Assembly (NCBI GenBank): GCA_003693705.1
Contig: RBZT01000819.1
Span: 1 to 43,229, forward strand
Source of the DNA: Polymyxa betae A26-41
Lineage: Eukaryota > Protista > Endomyxa: Phytomyxea
Length of the DNA stretch: 43,229 nucleotides
Direction: 5' to 3'
Made by a program: the position numbers and the translations under genes
The notes under the pieces: generated by a model
What the model was told of the DNA's origin: nothing
Databases searched by the model: none
The model's input: only the letters and a program-made list of their open reading frames with translations
Shown: one piece after another, positions 24,876 through 39,307 of the stretch
How positions within the stretch are numbered: the first letter of the stretch is position 1
How the letters are laid out: each line of letters begins with the position of its first letter

Positions 24876-25266
24876 TGGTGGAAGATCGTGTCTTTTGTAA
24901 TCAGGGAGATGCGGTCGAAATTGCGCAACTTGCTGAAAAACAAGTTTGCGAGATCTTTCTTATGAAATGTGAATGCCAGATTAAGATTAAAACTGCACTT
25001 CTCACAGTGCACATTTTGAAACTTTATATGTTATAAATTCAGGTAGAAAAGGACGACTAATCTGCGTCGCTTTGCAATCTGTAGAGATTCTTTTCGATCT
25101 ACATACAACCCCGTTTTTTAATTTTTTTTTACACACAATCTGCGAAGTTGTATTCTGACAAATTTGCGAAAAGCGCAGCCTTCCAACTCCATTTTCAGGG
25201 TGCGAAGTGGATGCCCGATGTGGTCATTTAAACCAATCAGTAATCGAATTGCCGGTCGCATTTCTT

Positions 25267-25691
25267 ATGAGCAAGAAGAAGGACGGATTAGTGGTAACGC
25301 GCCAGGCTGTACGTAAATTGCAGGGACGTCAGAACTCGGTCAAACCATGCACCACCGAGATGATGAATTTCCTCAACTGCGTTGCCGGGCAATCGTTTGA
25401 CGCCCGCAAATGTATTTTCGCCGAATTTGTGATCGCCATGATCGACTGATAATCGCATTTTAGGCAAGGAGGAAGTGAACTTGCTTTCACAGTGTACGAC
25501 AGATGCTGTGAGTATCATCACTGTTTCATGCTTCCTGTGCCATTGAAACATTGATTAATGTGCATTTTTTACTGTTTTTCACTTTCAACAAACTCCAAAT
25601 ACTCGCTTATGGTTTGATATAGGAAGAAGCCAAGAAGACCCACCGCGATACCACCATGTACCATATTCTTCGATTGTCTAAACAACTTTAG
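25267..25691 (+). CDS. Twin CX9C (CHCH) protein, likely mitochondrial ribosomal protein mS37 (Mrp10/CHCHD1), 3 exons
   Basis: Spliced: MSKKKDGLVVTRQAVRKLQGRQNSVKPCTTEMMNFLNCVAGQSFDARKCKEEVNLLSQCTTDAEEAKKTHRDTTMYHILRLSKQL*. It has two CX9C motifs and a C-terminal YH.(L)RL as in mS37. Confidence 0.8.
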
Positions 25692-26106
25692 AGCCGTGAT
25701 TTCTCCAAAATTTGCTTGTCTGTCCAGTGACTACGTAGTTAGTCGGGTGTTTGATATAGTTTGGCTGATAGTGCCTCAAGTGGTCACCTTTTGTTGCTCT
25801 CATTTTTGCAGTTTACTATTAAGCTTCATTTAGCTTGATTGAACGCTTCTGCGCCGATTGAACAACAATAGCAGAGTGGGCAGAAACTTACTTGAATGTG
25901 CTCATTAATCTTCATGCAGCTTTTAGAATATACCCATCTGCCCGTTTTGTTTTTTGTATCATGTTTCACCCAGCCATTGCCCATTTGTTTGAAATTTCCC
26001 CTGATGCGATTCTGCGGGCGCAACCCGTGGTCTAGCGAGGTCCCCAACAGTCAGAGGCCAGGTCAGCCCTTTCAAGAATTGCTGCAATCAGGTCACTTTA
26101 GCAGCA

Positions 26107-29690
<3,584 letters not shown>

Positions 29691-30060
29691 TACACTAGTG
29701 TTTGAATTTGCAAAACACTGTTTCGTCAAGTGTAGATGCCGGGCTCTTGCATTCAAGGGCCGAGACAATTCTACCTGCCAGCCTTCTCAGAAGTCAACTC
29801 TTTTGCTTTAATCTGCGTGTTGATTTCTGCCAGAACATTGTTTCTCCATTGATTAGCATAGGAAGGCTAATTTGTCATGTGAACCAGTTGCACTTCATGC
29901 GTCTCAGCTTCTGTTTGATCGTATCGGAAAAGATATCGGTTTGTTGGCCGCCTGGCAATGTGCCCTGATACCATCAATATCGGTCGACGATTATTATCAT
30001 TGCCCATATTAATGAAATATGCCAAGATATCGTTTACAAACATTGATATGTATTATGCAT

Positions 30061-31691
30061 CTATGCAAAGTGTAGCTTCTCAGTTTGAACTTCGTTATTA
30101 TAAAATTGGCAGGTCTCCAATTTCGCTTTTAACATTTTTAGACCCTGCCATCTTTCTTGTTCGTCAATGCTAATTGAATATAATCCGTTCAGAGAGCTTG
30201 TGGCTGTCTGTTCTCCTGTAGAAAGTTCGCTTGCCTTGTTCATCATGATGACATCCGATCTCCTCTTGGCACCGATTTTCAGGGCAAATGACCAGACCAT
30301 TCGATCAGCCTCGTCCAGATTCTCGCTTAGCTGTTGTATTGAACTTTGAGCCTCGACTTCCACGACCCTCAACTGCATAAAGACAAACTTTGGTTAGCGT
30401 CCTGATAAAAGCAATTTGTGTGTGAGCAAACACAAACTCGGAAGTAGCGAAACCAAGAAATCGGAACCATGCTTAGAGATTTCGAAATCATTATACCTGG
30501 GGAAGGATTTCACAAAACCGCTCGGGGTTGCGAATGGCAATATCATTCCAAAAGTCAAGCACGGTGGATTCAAACGTATCCCAGTCTTCGGCATGAGCGA
30601 CGTCGAAAACGATTGCAAGACGCTCGATGAATTCGCGCCAGCCTTTGTTGATCGATTCGATCAGCTCGGTCTGCTTCGTTATTAACATGTCAAGATTCAA
30701 AAAAATTGGCCTTTTAGGAAGTGAAAAAACGTCCTCGTCTTCGGTTGAGGCTTCTTGTAGATCGGGCTCAACATCCCACAGCTGAATTCGACGAATTTTG
30801 ATGTTGAGCCTTTCAAAGTGGTCGCCGAACGCTGCGTCGATTTGGGGTGAGAGAGAGCCTCCAGCATTCACAAGAACTAGTTTTCGAAGAAGATCCACCC
30901 CATACAGATGCAACAACTGCCAGATGTCAGAAGCGATGAAGTCAGCGGGTTCGTCGCCCTTAAGCGAGTAGTAAAACCTCCTGGCGTTTAGATGGCGAAC
31001 GAAACCATCACGCTTTGTATAGATTGTGAGCATCTTTCCGTCGTCGAATTCGACATCGATCTTCGGAATGAGTTCCTGGAAATCAGGAGCGAACGATCGG
31101 CCGGTAACGACGCAGAACGACGAATCGACACGCAGTTCGGAGAAGTTCACCTCATTGAACAAGCCCAGATCGAGGCGAAAGTGAAGAACCGCAGCTGGAA
31201 CTTTGTAGAGTCTGCCAGGTGGAGAATTGGGCTGGCTCCGAGGCGTGTTCGGCTGATCCAGAGGCGAGTTCACCTCCAAAATGCAAGCGACATCTTCGGC
31301 CTCGGCCTCATTCGGAATCGCGATCGAGTCGTTATCTGATCATCGTAAGAAATACGCTCGACGATGATGAATGTTTCACCGTACTTGCTGGCAACGCAGC
31401 CTTCAGATCCGTTTGATTCCCACTTTCATTCCTGTTCTCTGATCCTGGAGCAGCCGCATCTCTGGAATGTTTATATTGCCTGGGTGAACTCGGCGTCCGA
31501 TTCGCCGATAGAGCTCCAACATAGTAGAGAACCGTCAAGGTGATGACCAGCGTCAGAATCGACACAAGAACGAACCAGATGCAGCGCGGATGCGTACAGA
31601 ACCAACGACGCCGACCTTCGCCGAGCGACGGCACTTCCAGAGGCGCTTCGAGCGCGATCGCCATGTCCGGGAACGAAGCCGACGGCCCCAT
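30061..31691 (-). CDS. Uncharacterised type II membrane protein (3-exon model)
   Basis: ATG at 31691, followed by a single TM segment IWFVLVSILTLVITLTVLYYVGAL. A ~50-nt intron (GTACGG...ATCAG) joins it to the 262-aa ORF, and a second intron (GTATAA...TGCAG) joins the 30061-30372 exon. No family recognised; the 3' end is uncertain. Confidence 0.55.
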
Positions 31692-32303
31692 TAGGACGAA
31701 TTCGCCACGATGGCCACGTCGGGTCTTTGTTGGCTCCTCTTGACCGAATGCGTGCGGGACGGGCCCGCCAACCACGTCCCACGGCCTTTCTTAATTTCAA
31801 GAGGCGACCCTGACTGACCGCCAGCCTCAGGTCGCACGACAACAGATAACGTCAATCAGAATTTCGGGTCGGCGTTTGGGTTCTATGGCGGCAATGGTCA
31901 AACTGCATAGGTAATGCTGTTTTGGCAGCCAGGGAATCATGCCATACCCGTCGTTGTTATCTTGGGTGATCGGCAGGAAAGAGACGATGGTTTGGCATTT
32001 GTGTAACGAGATCCACGACGAAAATGGACAGAAGCTGCTAAGTCGCCATAATAGAGAATAAGATGGGTAATGCATACGAAAGCAGTCGTTGGATCATTTG
32101 TAATGCAGACGATGCAAGGCTGGCAATGTGTGAGCGGAACCGATACAAACGTTCTGTCAGTTGAAAGCAACAAAGCAGGAGCAGACCGAATTGCAATACA
32201 AAGACAAGGGAATTATGAATCAACGATTAAAGGGCTGATACTGTATTCATAGAAGAATACCACCCAGAATCGCTGGAGAGAATAACAGCGCAGCACAATA
32301 ATA

Positions 32304-33061
32304 TTATTGTCGGCGACGAGTTCGTAGCCCTGTCTGAGGCGCTGAGAAAGCCCAATCCACGCCGATTTTCTGCTCCAAAAGCATTTTGCCATTCTCGTTC
32401 TTAAGGGCCTGTTCGGCTTCTTCGAACTTTTCGTACTCGATCAGGGCATAGCCCTTGACGAATCCGGTTTGTCGATCAAGGTTCAGATGCAGCTGCTTGA
32501 TTTCGCCATAATCCGCAAACCGATCGTAGATATCGTCCTCTTGAGCTTCTTCGTGAACATTGGTGACGAATATAATCCAACCTTCAATTGCTGCGAAAAT
32601 TAGCCGCCGATGATACAGAAAAACAGAAATGTGTTCTCGCAGTGATATGACAAGGAGAGCTCACAATGGGAGAAAACCGGCAAAGTCGATAAAAGAGTTC
32701 AGGATATTTGAAATTGGAACTTTCAAAAGAAAAGATAAACAAACATAAAGACTTTGCAACAAGTCGTAGAATGGAAAACAACCACAACTAGGGAATGACA
32801 ATACGAAGAGATCAGCGCAGTATTTCTAAAGAGTTCGAATAAACACCAAATGGGTCCATAATGGTTGAACATTGAGATAACAAAGAGTACTAAAATTGGC
32901 TCACATTTGATTGGACCAGAAGCGTGCTCGCCAACCGTATCGAACTTGCCGGCAACGCCCGAATACCGGTCGTCGGTCTCATCACGTAGACGCTGATGGC
33001 CTCGACCTTTGGTCTGACGGACGGTCGACACCCGGTCGGTCATGTTCTCGTCGTCGCTCAT
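32304..33061 (-). CDS. RBM8A: Exon junction complex RRM protein Y14, 2 exons
   Basis: TKGRGH...[67 protein letters not shown]...IGVDWAF. Confidence 0.96.
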
Positions 33062-33360
33062 TATCGCTTCTGAATGGAATGGAGAGCACACGACACAAGA
33101 ACGACGCAATTTCTAAACTCCGTCTGTCGCGCATCTTTTTTCACACAGGCAAAATCCCAAATTGAAATTTAATGAAAACTCCCATCATTTGCGCATGCCT
33201 TTTTCCTGCATCCGAAACAGTTGCTGTTTTGGCACAATTTGCTTGATTGAAACAACATGGTGAATTCCCTTTTTAATCTATCTGTATACTAGTTGGCCAC
33301 CAGCGTGCACAATCCCATCCAAGAATTCATCAAGGCGCTATAATTGAGAGACTCGTTTTG

Positions 33361-35069
33361 CTATCGGCAGACATTGCATCGACACTGACTGGAACAATTA
33401 CCAGAAAACAGACACAGACACCATTCTATTTGCAGTTTTGCTGATAATGTATTCGAATCATGACAGATCAACAACCTGCACATCTGAATCGGTCCGCATC
33501 GGATTCCATCAACTTCGAATTGTCGCCCCATCCATGTATCTGCATTGTGCCCAGTCCGGAACTCCACAAACTGCCACCACCTGATCCTGAAATTGTACAA
33601 TATCAGACGTGTCGACTTCAATAAAAATGACTAAAAAATCGCACGAAAAATAAGTGATATCTGCAAACAAAGACGCTTACTTACGGCTCAAATGAGAAAG
33701 GAAATGAAATCTCATTAACAAGAACTTTTTAAACATTGTAAAGCGCCATACCTATAAGCTGTTGTTGAAGACGATCCAACGAGTTCTGCATGCCCTGAAT
33801 CTTGGCGACGAATCCCTCGATATAATTGCCCATACTCTCGAGACCCGTCTTAAGTGTTGACAGCTCACACAGCATGCTATCCTTCTCGATCATCAATTGC
33901 TCGGGTTCGCCAGCTCGTCGTTGCTCAAGATCCTGGTCACGATCGCCAGGAAACGGCTCTTCTTCCGACAAATCATATTCATGTTCGTCTCGGTACGAAT
34001 CCTTGACGATCCGCATAACATCGGTCGACGCCGGCCAAGCCTCTTTCCCGGCAGGATATGAAGGCTTTATCGTGCCCCATGGCATCCCACCTTTAGATTC
34101 TGGACCCCAGGGGATCTCGGCAGGCTTTTCTGAGCCCCATTCCTCCAGGTTTGGTGCTTCCGGCTCCCAACCAGCAACCAGATGACTTGTAGGTTCCATC
34201 TGTCCCCATGATTCACTCGAGCTGGGTTCGCCTTGCTGATCGAACTCTGGCCATTGCGGAGGATGTTCGGGCTTCCGCCTCTCAACCGATTCGATTCGGC
34301 CCTGTTCCTCTTCCATAGAAGGCCACTCGAAAGCTGGAACAGGTTGTTCTTCTCCTTCGAGATTCGGCCAACCAGCAGTCCTTTCTTTAATAGACGCCTC
34401 CGGCGGCGTTGTCCAACCTGGTGCTGTTGAGCTCTGCTCTGAGGGAAGGCTTCCTTCTGCTGCTTTAAGAATGTTCTCAGTCGCGTCTGCTTTCGGCCAT
34501 CTGGACGCTTGCTCTGATTCTGTAAGTTTCTGCTGAGACGCATCATCCAGCACCGATACTTGGGGTCGTTCTGGCCCGCTCAGCGTCTCTTTGGGTTCAA
34601 CTTCCGGCAGCCCGGAAGGACGTTTGGATTCCATTTCCATTTCCGGCAATCCAGGAGGACGTTTGGATTTCAGATCCATTTCTGGTAATCCAGGAGGACG
34701 TTCGGATTTCATTTCCATCGTTGGTGGTGCAGATTCTACAGCTTTGGAGCTATCCGTCTCGTCTGAAGGCTTCGGCTGATCAATCTTCATTGGTTGTTGG
34801 CCCTCCTTTCGTAATGCCGGCTTGCCCGTAACAGTTTTAGAGCGCCGTCGTTCGCCTCCAGATTGAACGGATGGCCATTTCGGCAGTGAACGCTCAGCAA
34901 TCGGCATCGGCGTTGTCAATGGCTTCTTCGGTAGCGCTGGCCATTCTTCGATTGCAGACGAATTTAAAAATCTTGGCGAATCGCTTCCATTTTGGGATGC
35001 GAGTTGTTGCTGCCAGCCGCTAATAGGGGGATGCCCCAGTTGTCCCAGACTATGCAAATCGGATGCCAT
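33361..35069 (-). CDS. Orphan disordered protein (~497 aa) with many WP/GW/WG motifs, 3 RP(P/S)GLPE repeats, a coiled coil and a Cys-rich C-terminus
   Basis: The 446-aa ORF has an in-frame stop just upstream of ATG 35069. Phase-consistent introns (33751-33587, 33475-33426) add GSGGGSLWSSGLGTMQIHGWGDNSKLMESDADRFRCAEWCLCLFSGNCSSQCRCNVCR*. The long exon is secure; the 3' exons are inferred. Confidence 0.75.
34599..34718 (-). repeat. 39-bp (13-aa) coding tandem repeat x3
   Basis: MEMKSERPPGLPE / MDLKSKRPPGLPE / MEMESKRPSGLPE. Confidence 0.9.
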
Positions 35070-35726
35070 CGTGGATTAACTCGGTTCAGATCGATTAAGG
35101 AATGAATTCATGGATGGCACTCCGAATGCATCTGGTCCAATCAGTCTCGGAGCCGTTCAGCTATGCTCGCTTCTATGAAGAGATATTGGCTTGATGTGGG
35201 ATCGACAATCCTGGCTATCTGACTTCTGATCGGCGTTGGCCCAATTCGTTAATGTCGATGTATTCGTTGCCATTCCTTTGGTAGTAGCCGGTCGCGAGCA
35301 GTTTTGATCCAGAATTAGTAACCGACCAAACCTGTCTGAATTGAGCAGAAGACAGAATCACGCATAAGGCAACGAAAGCAAGTTTTGATCAGAACATGGA
35401 AGGATTTGGTGAAAAATTCCATTCCACAATCGTGAGATATTGAAAGAACGACAAGTTTGCCGGTTTCCACTTCTCATTACAGCACAGTATATAATCATTT
35501 TGTTCAATAACAGCGGATATCGGTTTCCTTTCAAAACAGGAAATTTGCATCTTTCCATAGAAGGTGAATAAAAACGAGGTTTCCAGGCTTGCGTAATTGT
35601 TTCACTTTTGCCCACTGTGAATTCTGGATTTAACGCAGATTTGTTCATAAAATGTGAATTTTTAAATCTGCGCCTCCTGCCGTTGCAATCGCGTTCGCGT
35701 CTTCGTGATAGCATCCGATCACCACC

Positions 35727-37564
35727 ATGCTGGTGAGTGTTATTGGCAATCGTGGCGTTGAAGACCTGATTGTTAACTGTCGTAGGATGTGACGGAGACG
35801 GTCCCAGCATTGGATCAGGAGTTCTTCTCCGATCTGGCCTATGATTATTATGGGAATCGGATCGCTACTTGTAATTCTGATCACACAATCACAATCTGGT
35901 CCAAATCTGGCGATAAACGTTCCTGGAAGCCAACCTCCACTATCCAGGTTGGAATTTCTTTAATCTCCCTTTTCTGTTGTTATTTTATCTTTCATTCTCG
36001 ATTCGCCATTTGCTTCTAGATAAGAGCGCTTTAAAACCTTAACCTTCATGCATTTGTTTGGTAATTTCAATGCTTACGAAATTGTTCTGAAGCTGTACGC
36101 GCTTTGGTTTGGATCCGTTTTTGAAACATTCTGTGTTTAGCTTTCATCCCAGTCTTATGAATTTTGATTGTTGTCTGAAGTCATTGATGTAGGGACGTAC
36201 TGGGGTCTTTCATCGTGTTGCTTGGGCTCAGCCTGAATTTGGCCAGATTCTGGCTGCTTGCAGTTCCGATTGCAATGTTGTCATTTATGAGGAAACAGGT
36301 ACAGAAACAATTCAGCCCTGTTTCAGGTTTTCTCTTTCAAACAAATTGAAGCATCTTTCAGCACCTTATGCGGTGTGTAGCTCTTCTCTCATCAGTTGCG
36401 AGTAGCTGAAGCTTTCTCGTCACTCGTTTTCTGCTCTTTCAATACGGCTGTCTTCTTTTTACAGTCGTATTCTTTCTGCTCATTTTCGGACTCGTACCGA
36501 TTTTGTTTGTGTTTAGGTGATTCTGAATCTGGCGAAGGCACATGGGCTGAGCGGGCTCGTCTAGTTGATAGTCATGGCGAAGTGCATGCGTTGCAGTTTG
36601 CACCAAGGTCGCTTTCCCATTTCTCTTGTCGCTCTTGTAATGTTTTTATGGTCAGGCATCTTGGCATGCAATTAGCCACTCTTGGTGAGGATGGCATTGT
36701 GAGGATTTACGAAGCAGTAAGTTTTAGCCAGACTAACGCTATTCTACTTTTGCTTCGCAAATCGCTTATTCACTCCAGTTTAATGTTTGAACTTCTTTGA
36801 TACATGTTGTTATCACTGTCTTTTGCCCGAAGTTCGTTATATTTTAATCAGGTTTCTAATCTGCTCTGAGCAATCAAAAACGTTTCATCCATAGCATACC
36901 CTGCTATTGTGGGTTCTTACGTTTTCAGATTCAAGAGAACTTGCTTTATCTACATTCATTGCTGCTAATTTGTTTTCCCCCTATCTCGCCTATGTTTAAT
37001 TTTAATGAACATTGCGAAAGCTTCAACCAAATCTTTCTTAGATTTTGAAATGTTTTATAGGTCGATATGATGCAATTAAGCGCCTGGCCATTACGAGACG
37101 AATTCTCCATGATTCTGAAGCCCGCGAGCACCACCTCCCCTACGCATTCGTCAATTTCATGTTTAGCTTGGAACACATCACCATTCGACCCACCCCAGCT
37201 CATCGTCGGCCGCTTGGACGCCATTCAGATCTGGCAATATTCGACTTCTCATCGAAAATGGCAACACATCAGTGACCTTCTTCCCAATCGTGGCTACGTT
37301 TGTGATGTCGCCTGGGCTCCGAATCTGGCCCGGTCGTATGACCTGATTGCTACCTCCTTCATGGGCCATGATACAGTTCTCTCGCAGATCAAAGCGCCTG
37401 GCAATGTTGTGCAGACTTGGACGCTGCCGGTTCGCGGGTGTCGTCTCTCTTGGAACCCTGCTGGAACTTTGCTGGCTTCGTCGTCGCCTGATGGCAATGT
37501 ACAAGTTTGGGGCCGCGATTTGGAAGGCGATTGGAAATGCATCGAGTCGCTGCTGCCGTCGTAA
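35727..37564 (+). CDS. SEH1: WD40 nucleoporin/GATOR2 subunit SEH1, 6 exons
   Basis: ML|DVTETVPALDQEFFSDLAYDYYGNRIATCNSDHTITIW...VAWAQPEFGQILAACSSD..V.IYEE...ARLVDSHGEVHALQFAPRHLGMQLATLGEDGIVRIYEAVD...DVAWAPNLARSYDLIAT...LSWNPAGTLLASSSPDGNVQVW. Confidence 0.92.
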
Positions 37565-37796
37565 TTGTCCCAAAATGTTATCTCTTTTTGATAAACTTGA
37601 TAGAAGTTGGTATCGTTCCCGGTTTAAGAATTGTCGTTGCTAACAATGCTCGTCTTTAAGTTTTCGTTGAAAAGCAGAGTTTTTTCACTCTGGTGGGAAT
37701 ACTTCTAATCTTTGTTGCATCCAGCACAATCTGGTAATTGTGGTCTACTTTTTTTGTCTACAATAACAATCAAATAAAGATAACTACGACGAAAGC

Positions 37797-37846
37797 CCCT
37801 GAATCTGATTGAATAAATTCACCCTGAATCTGATTGAATAAATTCA
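37797..37846 (+). repeat. Perfect 25-bp tandem duplication
   Basis: ccctgaatctgattgaataaattca x2, just 3' of the stop codon of the 37865-38593 gene. Confidence 0.92.
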
Positions 37847-37864
37847 TTTTTGATTTCAGTTTAC

Positions 37865-38593
37865 TTAGTACATAAAGGATATGTCGTTATAGATGGTCCA
37901 AACGAGTAGGTAAACGTCAGCAAAATAAGTGGCCAGCGTGCAGACAATCGTAAAGAGACCCTTCGCATAGGTCATCATCAGCCGATTTTTGGTCATGAGA
38001 TTCGCCCAAGAGATCACCATCGGCTGCAGGTAGAGAATATCGGCGACCATCTTGACAGCGGCCAAAGCAATCTCAGCGCTGCCGGTGCCACCTCGGGCCT
38101 TCATGGTCTGCTGCATCATGTAGACGATGTAGACGTCATAGGGGATCGAGAAGTATTTCACGAACCAGTACAGGTCTGGGTTGCCGAATCGCAACAGGAT
38201 CCAGTGAACCAATATGAGCAGGATGAGCTCGGTGATGAACTTGGCCCGCGTCTCGGCAACATTCTCGCCAATGGTGCCGTTTCCTCCAAACAAGCAAAGC
38301 ATGACCAGCGGGAGGTCGAAAACCGCCCAGGCTAGGAACAGAAGGCGGGTTCGATTCTGTTCGTTCCTGGTGGGCTTGACGCGCTCACCGGCGCCCGATT
38401 GCGGTTTGGAAAATGCGAAGGCTGCCTCCCAAACGATACAGTAGGCGAGCGTACGATAATTAGCTGGGCAAAAGATGGGCTTACCCGGGGTGAATAAACC
38501 TTGGATAGTTTGAATAGAGTAGCAGAGGCACCATAGACCGGTACCCCAAGCTTTAGTAATATACCATTGGTTATGAATCTCAGAGGTGCACAT
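37865..38593 (-). CDS. Intronless multi-pass membrane protein resembling PaxB/Pyr4/XiaE-type integral-membrane terpene cyclases
   Basis: 242 aa with ~7 hydrophobic segments. Family-like pattern G.GLW...Y...IQG...LAYCIVWE(56)..F.F, LAWAVFD, RGGTGS.EIALAAVK, TYFAD(226)VY. The spacing of E56/D226 is close to the catalytic Pyr4 E63/D218. The CDS is secure; the family call is by motif recall. Confidence 0.7.
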   Translation of the reverse strand: MCTSEIHNQWYITKAWGTGLWCLCYSIQTIQGLFTPGKPIFCPANYRTLAYCIVWEAAFAFSKPQSGAGERVKPTRNEQNRTRLLFLAWAVFDLPLVMLCLFGGNGTIGENVAETRAKFITELILLILVHWILLRFGNPDLYWFVKYFSIPYDVYIVYMMQQTMKARGGTGSAEIALAAVKMVADILYLQPMVISWANLMTKNRLMMTYAKGLFTIVCTLATYFADVYLLVWTIYNDISFMY

Positions 38594-38635
38594 TATCTGA
38601 TAGCATCATTTAGCATCTTGGGATAAACGAAATAT

Positions 38636-38694
38636 AACAGAAAAGAGCCATGAGGAAACATAATTCAAACAGAAAAAGAGCCATGAGGTAACAT
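38636..38694 (+). repeat. Imperfect direct repeat (~32-bp period) upstream of the cyclase-like gene
   Basis: aacagaaaagagccatgaggaaacat / aacagaaaaagagccatgaggtaacat. Confidence 0.85.
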
Positions 38695-38869
38695 CAACAC
38701 AGGTTAAAATCACGTCGCGATACGAAATGCAGAAATGTTAACAGTATCGGAAACACTCGCTAACATCTGGAAAGATTTCAAAGCAGAAAACAGATCAGCT
38801 GGGCTTACGTTAGATGAAATAAGATTTGGAAGGTGGCGAATAAATTATCCCGACGATAAATATTAAGCA

Positions 38870-39080
38870 ACGATTTGCTGAATGAGGCCAGGTCTGGATT
38901 ACCGATCCGTTCACTGAGGTCTCGGCATGATGGATGTCAAAGACATCAATGCGGTCCGATGATGGCCCGACCGAGTCAACGCAGTGACGTCATGCTCAAA
39001 GTGTCCACGGTTTGCTTAGACGACCTGGCGTCGCTAACGATTTGGATAGCATAGTGAAGCCCCCATAGACGAGGTATATT
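38870..39080 (-). pseudogene. Decayed, internally deleted paralog of the 37865-38593 gene
   Basis: Collinear blocks: LWGLHYAIQIV vs LWCLCYSIQTI; VFDI..AET vs VFDL...AET; RIGNPDLASFSK vs RFGNPDLYWFVK (nt CGGATCGGTAATCCAGACCTG vs CGATTCGGCAACCCAGACCTG). Stops and frameshifts lie between the blocks. Confidence 0.6.
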
Positions 39081-39307
39081 CCTCGAGACCATCGATATAC
39101 TGTGGATGGCATACGAGTAAATCATACGCAATCCACCTACCGGCTACCGGTAACAAAAACGAAACGAAAAAGCCTAAAAAAAAATAAAATAAAATTATAA
39201 AATGGGCGCCGACTCAAGAGTGAAGGGTTCATCGTTGCATATCCCGCTGTAGCGAAAAATCGGTCCGTGTGAACCGTAAAGTGTAAACAGACGTAACGTT
39301 TTCAATC

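Noticed and set aside
31827-32252. Short overlapping ORFs downstream of Y14
   Set aside because: Likely UTR or intergenic sequence; no coherent coding signal.
35358-35884. Minus-strand ORFs of 150 and 79 aa
   Set aside because: They overlap the SEH1 start and promoter in antisense and have no protein-like features.
38880-39150. Structured ncRNA (several short stems such as GATGTC-AAA-GACATC and GGCATGA/TCATGCT)
   Set aside because: No SRP, RNase P/MRP or snRNA signatures were found; the region is better explained as a pseudogene of the adjacent membrane-protein gene.
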